From positions 92,621-156,620 of IMG/VR virus record IMGVR_UViG_3300046779_001735: a DNA stretch of 64,000 bases, one strand, 5' to 3'. Source of the stretch: a virus. Within the stretch, counting starts at the first letter, position 1. The number at the start of each line of letters is the position of its first letter. A program made the translations under genes and the position numbers. The notes beneath the pieces were generated by a model, which saw only the letters and a list, made by a program, of their open reading frames with translations, had not been told where the DNA came from and did not search any database. Positions 20,147-29,728 of the stretch are shown here, in pieces.

Positions 20147-20411
20147 CAGCAACGTACCACATTGTTCTGGACACAATGTCCAGTCAGCTTCTGGTGACGT
20201 ATTTGTCAATGGTCGCGGCGCTGCGCGGAAAGGCGACAGTTGTACAACGCACTTGGTAAAAAGAGGCAAAAAATGCAAGCCACATTCGGCTACTATTAGT
20301 GGTGGATCAGGATCAGTATATGTTAATGGTCGTCCCATAGCCAGAGTTGGTGATGGTTACGGTGGATGTACCTCTATTGCTCAGGGTTCAGGAGATGTGT
20401 TCGCAGCATGA
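20121..20411 (+). CDS. PAAR-repeat spike tip protein
   Basis: PAVARQGD, GAARKGD, PIARVGD repeats. Confidence 0.92.
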   Translation: MPAVARQGDSNVPHCSGHNVQSASGDVFVNGRGAARKGDSCTTHLVKRGKKCKPHSATISGGSGSVYVNGRPIARVGDGYGGCTSIAQGSGDVFAA

Positions 20412-21382
20412 CCACGCCATTACAATTGATAGCATTGGCGGGAATAAATCAAAACACAGCTCTAACTGTGAGTCCTGCGTTGACCAATTCTTTAAGCAGC
20501 TGGAATGCACAAACCTGGGTCAGCCAGTGGAAGCAGGCTGTGATACTTGGTGCCAACGTGGTAGCCAACGTAACAGTTTTAAGCAACTCTACTATCAACA
20601 CCATGACCACTATTGGCAGTACTACATGTCCTGCTCTTGGTGAAGCATTTCCAGCAAACGTCACTGCGTTAACAGGCAATTTGCAAGTGGCGCCTGGTGT
20701 CACTGGCTTGGTATCAACACAAGCATCTCTTGTGATTAATCAGAATGATCTAAGTAAATTTTGTCAAGCATTCAGTAGTGCCACTGGTTATGTTGCTGGA
20801 ACAAATCAAACCATCAATGTTTCTTTAAACAGCGCCACTTTCCTAGGTCCAACGTTCAGTGGCATGGACAGTTTGACCACAGGTGACGTGAGCCGAATGA
20901 ATCAAGCACTACCTGAGTTTGCTCAAGATCTAGAAAAACTTGGCCGTGTGATTAATTTAGAAAACCTAGGTGACCTTGGATCTCCTGCGCAGTTGTTGAA
21001 AAATCTCTTTGCTCAAGGCATATTGCCTGCGGTAAGCACTGCTATGCGTGCAGAAGGTATACCTGCTAACGTGGTATCTGGGCTCGCAGACAGTGACTTT
21101 GTGATGCCAGATAATCTACAGCGTCTAGCATACCAGGCCATGACCAAAGTCACCGGTGAAGATCTAGCACAGGTTCTTTCGGTGTTGCAGTGTACTACCA
21201 GCAACATCTTGACCATGGCTGATCTACTTAATCCTGTGAAAATTTTCCCCAACAGTTTTAAAACCATGACTACTACCACTGTGGTAGGCATTCGTGGCAT
21301 TTATCTTGATAGCAACGGAACTGTAAACAGCAATCTTGAACGTCAGTTGCCTCAGTATTATATTAGAGAGGTTCCAGCATGA
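20408..21382 (+). CDS. Virion structural protein (baseplate/tail region)
   Basis: ATGA-coupled to PAAR; Asn/Thr/Ala rich. Confidence 0.55.
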   Translation: MTTPLQLIALAGINQNTALTVSPALTNSLSSWNAQTWVSQWKQAVILGANVVANVTVLSNSTINTMTTIGSTTCPALGEAFPANVTALTGNLQVAPGVTGLVSTQASLVINQNDLSKFCQAFSSATGYVAGTNQTINVSLNSATFLGPTFSGMDSLTTGDVSRMNQALPEFAQDLEKLGRVINLENLGDLGSPAQLLKNLFAQGILPAVSTAMRAEGIPANVVSGLADSDFVMPDNLQRLAYQAMTKVTGEDLAQVLSVLQCTTSNILTMADLLNPVKIFPNSFKTMTTTTVVGIRGIYLDSNGTVNSNLERQLPQYYIREVPA

Positions 21383-22308
21383 TCACTTATGATCGTTTAA
21401 GAACCATGATACCTCCAGATCAGGCATTGGCCAACAAAGCTATGCAGGCCAGTTTTGAACAAGTCAAGAACATAGCGCAAACTCCAATGGCACAGTTTGC
21501 CAACACCGTGTCTGCATTGGAAACCAATGCTGGGTTGACTTTGATAAACAATCTTACAGAAGCAGTGCCGGCATCAGTACGAACTTATATCACCAGCAAT
21601 ATTGCCACAGGAACTGGACCCAATGGCACATTGACCATGGGGGACGTTCTAGGTTGCGCAAGTGGTTATAACATAACGCAACAATTAGTAAACGTACAAG
21701 CCAATGTTGCCAATATCAACATAGCCAATATCACTGTGGCCTACACCAGAATGGTAAATGTATTAAACGGTACCTATGGGAACTCTAGTAACATAGTGAT
21801 TCCGCCGGGCCCTGGACAAGGTACCTATGGCAATGCCAATTTGGCCATTGTGAGTTTGTGTTCAAGCGCAAACAGCATTATTTCAGGACTAGTATCGTCA
21901 TACCCAAATGCTATTGCCAATATAAACAACAACTGGACCTTGATAACCAACACTGTGATCAACCAGGTCACCAATCTATCCAAAGCAGAGATCAATTACG
22001 ATGATTTAGCCGCTAATCAATTTCCCAGTGTGCAGGCCTTTGCAGATAGCCTACATGATTATGGAACACAACAAGAAGCAGGTGGACCAGCTGAATACAT
22101 CAATGCCATTGCCAACACGGCTAATCAAGGTGGCCAGGCTGTGGTTGGCGCCCTACGTGAAGGCAGAAATATAGCATCACTCAACAACGGTGGCCTTGTG
22201 GCAGATGCTCAAATTCCTGCTACTCCTGCTACACCACCTGCACCGGGTAACATGGGACAGACCAATTATACCACCAGCGAAGCTGCTGCGAATATTGTTG
22301 TAAGTTAG
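21379..22308 (+). CDS. Virion structural protein
   Basis: Coupled start with GAGG RBS; Asn/Ala/Thr rich. Confidence 0.55.
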   Translation: MITYDRLRTMIPPDQALANKAMQASFEQVKNIAQTPMAQFANTVSALETNAGLTLINNLTEAVPASVRTYITSNIATGTGPNGTLTMGDVLGCASGYNITQQLVNVQANVANINIANITVAYTRMVNVLNGTYGNSSNIVIPPGPGQGTYGNANLAIVSLCSSANSIISGLVSSYPNAIANINNNWTLITNTVINQVTNLSKAEINYDDLAANQFPSVQAFADSLHDYGTQQEAGGPAEYINAIANTANQGGQAVVGALREGRNIASLNNGGLVADAQIPATPATPPAPGNMGQTNYTTSEAAANIVVS

Positions 22309-22324
22309 TTAATATTTCCAATGG

Positions 22325-22353
22325 TTGACCAATAAATCGGAGCATGCTATAAT
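22325..22353 (+). promoter_or_regulatory. Sigma70-type promoter of the DNA ligase gene
   Basis: TTGACC-17-TATAAT. Confidence 0.8.
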
Positions 22354-22381
22354 GTTTGCCTATACAAACTAAAGGCATTCG

Positions 22382-23782
22382 ATGTCAAATCCAATAGCTC
22401 CCCAAATAAGTATTGATATAGATAGCCATCATTTTCAAGGCATTGCAGTGGCAGAAGAATGGATTCGTGATCTAGAAAGTTCAGATAGCCGTTTGCACAA
22501 AGAGCGTGTGATAGAAAAAGCTCTCATGGCCTCAAAATTAGGCAGCTACAATGCTCAATGTTTCTTGTTCAATTGCTACCTTGCCTACAATCCATTTTTT
22601 ACATACAATATCAAAAAGGTTCCAGAAAGCGAGAATCTAGAAAACCGTCCTAACCATTGGCCCCAGTTTTGGGCGTTGTGTGAAAGTCTGCGCACAAGAT
22701 CGGTAACTGGCAATGCTGCTCGTGCTGCTATTGAAAGAGTTATGGCAGACTTTGATAGCTCAGAATGGAACATGGTGTGCCGTAGAGTTCTAATCAAGGA
22801 CCTGCGCTGTGGTATTTCAGAAAAAACTCTAAACAAGGTATTGGACAAAAGCGAATGGCGTATTCCTGTGTTTACCTGTCAGTTGGCACAAGACAGTGAT
22901 GGCAATCCGCACAAGCTCAAAGGCGATAAACGTCTTGAATGTAAGTTGGATGGTGTGCGTGTTTTAGCTGTGATTTCTATCAATAGTTCCGTTACTCTGT
23001 ATAGTCGCAATGGCAAGGTGTTTGATAACTTTGCTATGATTGAAAATCAGATATCAGAGCTTGCCAACCACATACGCGGTAAACTAGGTGGCCATTTGAA
23101 TGTGGTATTGGACGGCGAAATTGTTGGTGAAAGTTTTCAAAGTCTTATGAAACAAGCGCATAGAAAAAACAATGCGCAAACAGATAATATGATGTATCAT
23201 GTGTTTGATTTTATTCCAATGGATAAATTTGAACAAGGTGCATACAATTTAGACCTAAATTCAAGACTTGATGCACTGGAAAAACTCAGTGATTTATTTC
23301 AGCAAACTGAATGCCTACGGGTGGTACCCGGGCTGCACGTTGACCTTGATACCAGTGAAGGTCATGACATCATGGATAGATTTGCCAAGCATGCTGTGGA
23401 CACAGGCTTTGAAGGTATCATGATCAAGGATCTAGATGCTGTGTACAAATGCACACGTAACATAGGTTGGATGAAATGGAAGCCCACAATCACGTTGGAT
23501 CTAAATATTGTGGGATTTGAAGAAGGCACGGGTCGCAATCAAGGCAGACTAGGTGCTATCATTTGTGAAGGAGTAGACAATGAACGTAGAATTTCCGTTA
23601 ATGTTGGTAGTGGTTTTAGCGATAGCGATCGGGACTCTTTTTACGCCCGTAGAATGGACCTGCTTGGTCATGTGGTTGAAATCGAAGCTGATGCAGTTAC
23701 GCAAAACCAAGACGGATCATACAGCCTAAGATTTCCAAGGTTTGTGAGATTCCGTGGATTCGAACCCGGGGAAAAACTCTAA
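22382..23782 (+). CDS. ATP-dependent DNA ligase
   Basis: ECKLDGVR, LDGEI, EGIMIK, WMKWK, SLRFPRF. Confidence 0.96.
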   Translation: MSNPIAPQISIDIDSHHFQGIAVAEEWIRDLESSDSRLHKERVIEKALMASKLGSYNAQCFLFNCYLAYNPFFTYNIKKVPESENLENRPNHWPQFWALCESLRTRSVTGNAARAAIERVMADFDSSEWNMVCRRVLIKDLRCGISEKTLNKVLDKSEWRIPVFTCQLAQDSDGNPHKLKGDKRLECKLDGVRVLAVISINSSVTLYSRNGKVFDNFAMIENQISELANHIRGKLGGHLNVVLDGEIVGESFQSLMKQAHRKNNAQTDNMMYHVFDFIPMDKFEQGAYNLDLNSRLDALEKLSDLFQQTECLRVVPGLHVDLDTSEGHDIMDRFAKHAVDTGFEGIMIKDLDAVYKCTRNIGWMKWKPTITLDLNIVGFEEGTGRNQGRLGAIICEGVDNERRISVNVGSGFSDSDRDSFYARRMDLLGHVVEIEADAVTQNQDGSYSLRFPRFVRFRGFEPGEKL

Positions 23783-23783
23783 G

Positions 23784-24110
23784 ATGCAGCATAAATTCTT
23801 AGTAATGTGGAATCGCGATGGACTACAATATGTGGGTGATCAAACCCGTATTAATGGCGAACAGATTTGGGATAGAATACGCTGTGCAGAATCACACTGG
23901 TATCCTGACGTCATGCACCTGCGCACAATAGCTCAACGCCAGCCACATCTACATTTTGAAATCTGGGAATTCATAACAGATCCGGGTATCACCGAAGATC
24001 ACATCAAACAAATCTTTGAACAAAATCCTCAAAAGTCTGCAGACCTAGTTAGATCCTTGGGACAATGTTTGTACAGTGATCGCATTGTCACTGAAGCAAA
24101 AATTACCTAA
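23784..24110 (+). CDS. Hypothetical protein
   Basis: ORF directly after the ligase. Confidence 0.55.
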   Translation: MQHKFLVMWNRDGLQYVGDQTRINGEQIWDRIRCAESHWYPDVMHLRTIAQRQPHLHFEIWEFITDPGITEDHIKQIFEQNPQKSADLVRSLGQCLYSDRIVTEAKIT

Positions 24111-24148
24111 ACACTAGTATTTTCTCTAATGCAGCAGTATAATACACA

Positions 24149-24362
24149 GGCAGTTCTTGGGTGTATAGGGAGGTGTGGCAAGGATTCGCCCGGGGTATGG
24201 ATCCATGGCTATGTGACTGTCAATAAATCCTCCGAGGTGCGGCACCGGCCTGAACAAGACTAGACCGCTTTGAGTCTTGTTCAAAACCCATATGAACCCA
24301 ACAAAACTTGGCTCTTCATGGGACTTTGGCTTTGATAGGACGGTCGCGGTGAAAGCTCTTTT
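24149..24362 (+). ncRNA. Candidate structured non-coding RNA (family unknown)
   Basis: ORF-free gap with TATAAT at 24138-24143, several long complementary stems, and a terminal hairpin plus U tract (see findings). Confidence 0.5.
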
Positions 24363-24397
24363 GAGTATTGAAACTAAAAACCACTAATTGAAAAATT

Positions 24398-24712
24398 ATG
24401 TCTAGGTCACTCGATCCGCTTAAAGAAACGACTCAAGAACTGCACAGATTTTATTTTATGATACGCAGTGCCGACCAATGGTATGCTATCATGAAAGAAT
24501 GTAGACAGCACTTTGGTAAGAACTGGCATTGTCAGAGCAAGGTGCTTCGCAAACTCAAGGATGTCAAACGCTTTGGTTATTATTCCATGACGCCTCCAGC
24601 AAGACCCATTTGGTTTGATATACCAAATGCTGCTATAGCTACCTGGATAGCAGTGAAGTTAGGCGTAGAAGTACGCAGTGATCTCAAGCATAAACCTTCA
24701 ATAAATAATTAG
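24398..24712 (+). CDS. Hypothetical protein
   Basis: 104-aa ORF. Confidence 0.55.
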   Translation: MSRSLDPLKETTQELHRFYFMIRSADQWYAIMKECRQHFGKNWHCQSKVLRKLKDVKRFGYYSMTPPARPIWFDIPNAAIATWIAVKLGVEVRSDLKHKPSINN

Positions 24713-24715
24713 GCT

Positions 24716-26236
24716 ATGTTTTTAAGTTATGTAATGTTGATAGTGGCACTGTGTCTCAGCGCAGTTGCCGCTTTTTATTCTATAGTAGGTCTTACTGCTA
24801 TTTTTGCCGCGGCAGTAATACCTATCATTGTGATGGGGTCAATTCTTGAAGTAGCCAAGGTCACAGTGACCATTTGGTTACATGAATACTGGCCGCAGTG
24901 CCGCCTGGCCATGAAGGCCTATCTAGTGCCCGCAGTGGGCTTGTTGATGTTGATCACCAGCATGGGTATCTTTGGATTCCTGAGCAAAGCACACACTGAT
25001 CAAAGTTTGGTAAGTGGGGACAGCCAGGCTAAAATAGCCATATACGATGAAAAAATAAAAACAGCCAAAGACAACATAGAAACCAACCGCCGAGCATTGA
25101 AACAGATGGACGAGGCTGTGGATCAGGTCATGGGCAGAAGCACTGACGAAAAAGGTGCAGACAAAGCAGTGTCTATACGACGAGCACAACAAAAAGAACG
25201 CAGTCGACTACTGGCAGAGATAGGTGTAGAACAAACCAAGATCAGCAAGCTCAATGAAGAAGCCGCGCCACTGCGTGCAGAAAATCGTAAAATTGAAGCC
25301 GAAGTAGGTCCTATCAAATACATTGCCGCTTTGATTTATGGAGACAACCCAGATCAAAATATACTTGAACGTGCGGTGCGCTGGGTAATCATAATCATTG
25401 TTGCTGTGTTTGATCCATTGGCTATAATGATGTTGTTGGCTGCTACAGAAAGCATGAAGTGGGAAAGACAAGCACGAGCCGGTACAGTGATACCAGTGCC
25501 AGTACCAGTTGAACCTGTTGTTGAAAGTTTGCCTGATCCCGAACCAAAAGATATTGACGCCAATCAAAGTGATGACCCATGGCCTTTTCCAATGCAACGT
25601 CCAGTGGAAGGCGATGAGAAACTTGCGCAAGATGAGCAGCAACTAGCAGAGCAGGCCAATGCAGAAATCAGTGAACTTGATCCACCCGAGCCGGATATTG
25701 AAGTTGTTGAGCACCAAGAAATACACGAAATCAAAGAAGAAGTATTAGAAAACCTGTCTGAACAAATGATTGAACCAGCGCCCCAAGCAGATGACGCTAT
25801 AGATCAATCACTGGCAGAAGATCAGGAAAAAGCAGCTATGCGTGAGTGGAAAACTTCACACCCTGAAAGCACCATAAAAGAACAGCGACGTTTGGTTGAG
25901 CGTGGTGCTATCTCTGAGGTACCGTGGGCTGCTAACCTTGCTTTGCGTGCCGACAATGCACTATTAAATGGAAACATTTCAGGTTTTGGTATTGCCTTTC
26001 CAGACAATGCAAACAAAGGAGATCTATATCTTCGTGTGGACATGCTTCCTACAGTGCTATATAAACATAATGGCAAAAAATGGATAGAAGTTGATAAAGA
26101 CCTAAGTGATTCATACGCCTATGATGAAGCTTATATTGACTTTTTGATAGCCAAACTTGAATCTGGTGAATACGACGCTGAAATGTTGACTTACAGCGAA
26201 CGTGAACAGATAGCAGCTCGTTTACAAAAATCATAA
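24716..26236 (+). CDS. Membrane protein with coiled coil (DUF4407-like) and acidic C-terminal region
   Basis: Three N-terminal TM helices, LEVAK, SMGIFGFLSKAH, EVGPIKYIA, VFDPLAI. Confidence 0.65.
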   Translation: MFLSYVMLIVALCLSAVAAFYSIVGLTAIFAAAVIPIIVMGSILEVAKVTVTIWLHEYWPQCRLAMKAYLVPAVGLLMLITSMGIFGFLSKAHTDQSLVSGDSQAKIAIYDEKIKTAKDNIETNRRALKQMDEAVDQVMGRSTDEKGADKAVSIRRAQQKERSRLLAEIGVEQTKISKLNEEAAPLRAENRKIEAEVGPIKYIAALIYGDNPDQNILERAVRWVIIIIVAVFDPLAIMMLLAATESMKWERQARAGTVIPVPVPVEPVVESLPDPEPKDIDANQSDDPWPFPMQRPVEGDEKLAQDEQQLAEQANAEISELDPPEPDIEVVEHQEIHEIKEEVLENLSEQMIEPAPQADDAIDQSLAEDQEKAAMREWKTSHPESTIKEQRRLVERGAISEVPWAANLALRADNALLNGNISGFGIAFPDNANKGDLYLRVDMLPTVLYKHNGKKWIEVDKDLSDSYAYDEAYIDFLIAKLESGEYDAEMLTYSEREQIAARLQKS

Positions 26237-26242
26237 AAAATT

Positions 26243-27439
26243 ATGCTTCAAGATTATGCTTCATCCTGCTCGTTCTGTGGCAAGCACAAGGACGCAGTTA
26301 AAAAACTCATAGTTGGAGACAAGGTTGGTATCTGCAACGAATGTGTGCACCTATGTGATGATCTGCTGGAACAAGAATCACCTCTTGACAGTGAAGTGTT
26401 ACAAACCCCTGAACTTGATCCTAAACAGATAAAACAATTTCTTGATCAATATGTAATAGGCCAAGATCAAGCCAAGATCATGTTGAGTGTTGCTATTGTT
26501 AATCATTATAAGCGCATCAACAATCCAGACCCCGGGGTGGAAATTGACAAAAGCAATGTGCTTTTGCTAGGTCCCACAGGATCAGGAAAAACACTCTTGG
26601 CTAAAAGTGTGGCTCGATATCTTGATGTGCCTTTTGCTATTGCAGATGCTACTAGTCTAACCGAAGCAGGTTATGTTGGCGATGATGTGGAAAGTTTAAT
26701 TAGCCGATTGTACATAGAAAGCAAAGGAGACATTGAAAAAACTCAACGCGGCATTGTGTTTATTGACGAGATTGATAAAATAGCCCGCAAAAGTGAAAGT
26801 ACCAGCATCACACGAGATGTATCAGGCGAAGGTGTGCAACAGGCGCTGCTCAAACTAGTAGAAGGTACTCGTTGTAGAATCGCTCCTAGTCTTGGAAGAA
26901 AGAATCCCAATCAAGAATTCATTGAAATTGATACCACTAATATTTTGTTTGTTGCAGGCGGCGCATTTGAAGGGTTACAAGACATCATACAGACCCGTGT
27001 GCAAGGTACTGCCATGGGATTCTCTGCTCAGATCAGCAACAAACAGGATCAAAATTTCCTCAGCCAACTCAATCCTGATGACCTTGTGAAATTTGGCTTA
27101 ATTCCGGAGTTTGTAGGAAGATTCACTAATTGGGTGGCTTTGCAAGAACTTGACATTACACAGCTAGTCAGTATCATGTGCGATGTAAAAAATAATTGGA
27201 TAAGTCAGTACCAATGGATTTTTGCACAAGACAAAGTAGAGTTAGAGTTCACTGAACAGGCTCTGCTATTAATAGCGCAACGAGCCAAGACCACACGAAC
27301 CGGAGCGCGAGCATTACACAGCGAGCTAGAACGCATCCTGATGCCACACATGTATCATCTGCGCGATTACCATCGTGACCAGATTCAAACAGTCAATATA
27401 GGCATAGATTTGGTAAATAACCCTACACATTTACAGTGA
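26243..27439 (+). CDS. clpX: ATP-dependent Clp protease ATPase subunit ClpX
   Basis: Zn finger [52 protein letters not shown] loop. Confidence 0.97.
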   Translation: MLQDYASSCSFCGKHKDAVKKLIVGDKVGICNECVHLCDDLLEQESPLDSEVLQTPELDPKQIKQFLDQYVIGQDQAKIMLSVAIVNHYKRINNPDPGVEIDKSNVLLLGPTGSGKTLLAKSVARYLDVPFAIADATSLTEAGYVGDDVESLISRLYIESKGDIEKTQRGIVFIDEIDKIARKSESTSITRDVSGEGVQQALLKLVEGTRCRIAPSLGRKNPNQEFIEIDTTNILFVAGGAFEGLQDIIQTRVQGTAMGFSAQISNKQDQNFLSQLNPDDLVKFGLIPEFVGRFTNWVALQELDITQLVSIMCDVKNNWISQYQWIFAQDKVELEFTEQALLLIAQRAKTTRTGARALHSELERILMPHMYHLRDYHRDQIQTVNIGIDLVNNPTHLQ

Positions 27440-27447
27440 GGAGTTCA

Positions 27448-27666
27448 GTGAGAAAAGGTAAAACAGTAGTGGTACACGATGGCAATGTAGAAAAAGCTCT
27501 GCGCAAACTCAAGAAAAAAGTTCAAGAGGACCGCTTGCTGATTAACCTACGTGAACGAGAACAGTATACCAAACCCACAACACAGCGCAAACTCAAGGCC
27601 AATGCTGCCCGTAACCGTTGGCGCAAATATCTGGCAAGTCAGAAATTGCCTGCCAAAAGATATTGA
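27448..27666 (+). CDS. rpsU: Ribosomal protein bS21
   Basis: VHDGNVEKALRKLKKKV...REREQYTKPT; GAGGAG RBS with GTG start; TAAATA at 27414. Confidence 0.85.
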   Translation: MRKGKTVVVHDGNVEKALRKLKKKVQEDRLLINLREREQYTKPTTQRKLKANAARNRWRKYLASQKLPAKRY

Positions 27667-27759
27667 CCAATCCTTAAAAATCCTGTATAAATACACTTGT
27701 AGCGCCGAAGTCGGGCTACTTAATGTCATTCTTGCTTAATGAAAGGAGAAAACAATGAC
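27663..27759 (+). promoter_or_regulatory. hsp20 promoter and ROSE-like RNA thermometer leader
   Basis: TTGACC-17-TATAAATA; hairpin 27699-27719; UUCUUGCUU pairs with AAGGAGAA with a bulged G. Confidence 0.65.
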
Positions 27760-28195
27760 TAAAATCACATCTTTTGACCTTACCCCGTTCTATCGCAACA
27801 CAGTTGGCATTGATCGATTGTTTGATCGCATCACTGCACAGATTGATGCAACTGCCACAGGTAACTATCCTCCCTATGATATCCTACGCACCGGCGATGA
27901 TCATTATGAGATTCGCGTAGCTGCTGCGGGCTTTAGTCAGGGAGAAATTGACGTGGAGTTTCATGAAGGCAAACTTACCATTCGTGGACAGCATGCTCAA
28001 ACACTAGACGATCAAACGGTTGAATATCTGCATCATGGCATCAGTAATCGTACTTTTGTACGCAGTTTTACCTTGGCTGACTACGTGGAAGTCAAGGGTG
28101 CTGTTATGAAAGATGGTATTTTAACTGTGCAGTTGGAACGTGTAATACCTGAGAGTCAAAAGCCAAAATCTATTGCAATCACATACGCTGGTTGA
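27755..28195 (+). CDS. Small heat-shock protein Hsp20 (IbpA-like)
   Basis: NYPPYDI, AAAGFS, YLHHGIS.R.F.R.FTLA, DGIL. Confidence 0.95.
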   Translation: MTKITSFDLTPFYRNTVGIDRLFDRITAQIDATATGNYPPYDILRTGDDHYEIRVAAAGFSQGEIDVEFHEGKLTIRGQHAQTLDDQTVEYLHHGISNRTFVRSFTLADYVEVKGAVMKDGILTVQLERVIPESQKPKSIAITYAG

Positions 28196-28210
28196 TATTG
28201 TGTAAATACA

Positions 28211-28232
28211 GGGGGAGGCAACTCCCCCATTA
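28211..28232 (+). terminator. GC-rich GCAA-tetraloop hairpin (hsp20 terminator or 5' stabiliser of the clpS mRNA)
   Basis: GGGGGAG-GCAA-CTCCCCC immediately after TAAATA 28203-28208; weak T tail. Confidence 0.5.
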
Positions 28233-28247
28233 TTCAAGGAACGTAAA

Positions 28248-28559
28248 ATGTCTAATGCTGAAGCTGCTACAGAGACCAAAACAAATATCAACGCAGAACT
28301 CAAAGAACCGCCAATGTTTAAGGTGATCTATCTCAATGACAATCAAACTTCCATGGAGTTTGTGGTCGCAAGTCTAGTTGAATTTTTTGATTATAGCGAA
28401 GAAACAGCAGCCTCTATTACTCTTGACATCCATAATCTAGGCGCTGCTACTGTTGCAGTGCTGCCCTATGAAATCGCTGAACAAAAGGGAGTGGAAGTTA
28501 CTATGAGTGCCAGGGCTAATAACTATCCGTTGCAACTACGTCTGGAAGCCGACGCCTAG
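28248..28559 (+). CDS. clpS: N-end-rule adaptor ClpS
   Basis: PPMFKVIYLNDNQTSMEFV, IHNLG, EIAEQK, YPL. Confidence 0.93.
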   Translation: MSNAEAATETKTNINAELKEPPMFKVIYLNDNQTSMEFVVASLVEFFDYSEETAASITLDIHNLGAATVAVLPYEIAEQKGVEVTMSARANNYPLQLRLEADA

Positions 28560-29347
28560 GCTATCTGAATCCGTTTGGGATAATACACCGACTGTTTGAA
28601 GTCGGTGTTTCCTCGTCCTCTACAGTTGTTTACGTAGCGCACATTGTCAATCATGCGATCCACGGGCAAATGATAATGGCCAAAACACCAGGTGTGTAGT
28701 TTGTTTTCAAGATCGTTTGTTAATGCGAGATTCATTAAGGAGTTAACCATGCAGTTAAATCTATAATTGCCGTTCAAATCTATGTCGTGATCAATTAGAT
28801 CGCTTCTTGGTACTGTGTGCGTGATCACTACAATGTGTTTGACATCTTGATGTACCTGTAATCGTTGAACGCTGCGTATGATATAGGCAGCATCTGTTCT
28901 ACTAAGTTCTTTGATTAGATGGCTATCTGCATCATAACCATCCTTGAACATTTTTTGCATCCACCAATGATGAGTTTGATCCTCATCAATTGACTGGTCC
29001 GCATCAAATCCCCACCAGCCATTGGTGGCCAAGAAAGCAACATTGTTCATTACTACAACGTTTTCTTGCAGATACACTACATTTTTTAAACGTTTGATAT
29101 CGTTAGTAAGAGTCTTATAACTATAGGCTAAATCGGACATGTATAATTTGTGTTCGTCATTACCATCTATGTAAAATACCATATGATAACATGCGGCCAG
29201 ATGTTCCAGAGTCTTGATAAGGATATCTCTATCAACTGCTAGATCACCGGCTACTACAGCAAAGGGACTGGTGGCCTGTCCAGTCCAATCAAACTGATCC
29301 CAGGTTTCGTGATGTACGTCAGAAATTAAATCGAATGACAAAGGCAT
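28556..29347 (-). CDS. Calcineurin-like metallophosphoesterase
   Basis: SDVH, AGDL, DGNDEH, THTVP, FGHYH, NNCRG. Confidence 0.85.
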   Translation of the reverse strand: MPLSFDLISDVHHETWDQFDWTGQATSPFAVVAGDLAVDRDILIKTLEHLAACYHMVFYIDGNDEHKLYMSDLAYSYKTLTNDIKRLKNVVYLQENVVVMNNVAFLATNGWWGFDADQSIDEDQTHHWWMQKMFKDGYDADSHLIKELSRTDAAYIIRSVQRLQVHQDVKHIVVITHTVPRSDLIDHDIDLNGNYRFNCMVNSLMNLALTNDLENKLHTWCFGHYHLPVDRMIDNVRYVNNCRGRGNTDFKQSVYYPKRIQIA

Positions 29348-29371
29348 AATACATATTTAAAAGGAAATGCA

Positions 29372-29728
29372 ATGCACATTATATTTGATGAAGCTGCTAG
29401 AAGCGAACTGTCAGACAAGCACGTAGTACTAGAACTAGACACAGTGCGGGTGAATGACAAGTTTGTAACTGCATACTGCGTAGTTGAACACATACCATTT
29501 CAAGATCTTGGCCGAATAGGTCAGCTCTACGATCATCATCATGAAATGTTGCTGCTTTATAAAAATAGAAACTGGATTGAAGCTTTAGACATTGCTTCAA
29601 GCCTGCTAGGCCAATGGGGCGGCCGAGTAGACAGCTTCTATGAAATCATGAAACAGCGTTTAGAAGATCTAATGCTTAATGATCCAGGGCCTGATTGGCA
29701 ACCTGTGATTGATCGTACACCTGTTTAG
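29372..29728 (+). CDS. Hypothetical protein (resembles the C-terminal part of adenylate cyclases)
   Basis: VLELDTV..AYCVV and Y..RNW..A..L..W..Y...R pattern. Confidence 0.45.
   Translation: MHIIFDEAARSELSDKHVVLELDTVRVNDKFVTAYCVVEHIPFQDLGRIGQLYDHHHEMLLLYKNRNWIEALDIASSLLGQWGGRVDSFYEIMKQRLEDLMLNDPGPDWQPVIDRTPV

Noticed and set aside
24149-24362. Firm call as 6S RNA, tmRNA, RNase P or a known riboswitch
   Set aside because: There are no tRNA-like ends or tag ORF, no RNase P P4 motif, and no 5' central bubble; kept only as an unassigned RNA candidate.
25488-25520. CCAGT(G/A) short tandem repeat
   Set aside because: It simply encodes a PVPVPV linker.
26243-28559. Host chromosomal DNA or contamination, suggested by clpX/rpsU/clpS/iscU
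   Set aside because: These genes are interleaved with virion genes, carry phage TAAATA promoters and lack bacterial synteny (no tig-clpP-clpX-lon, clpS-clpA or iscRSUA).
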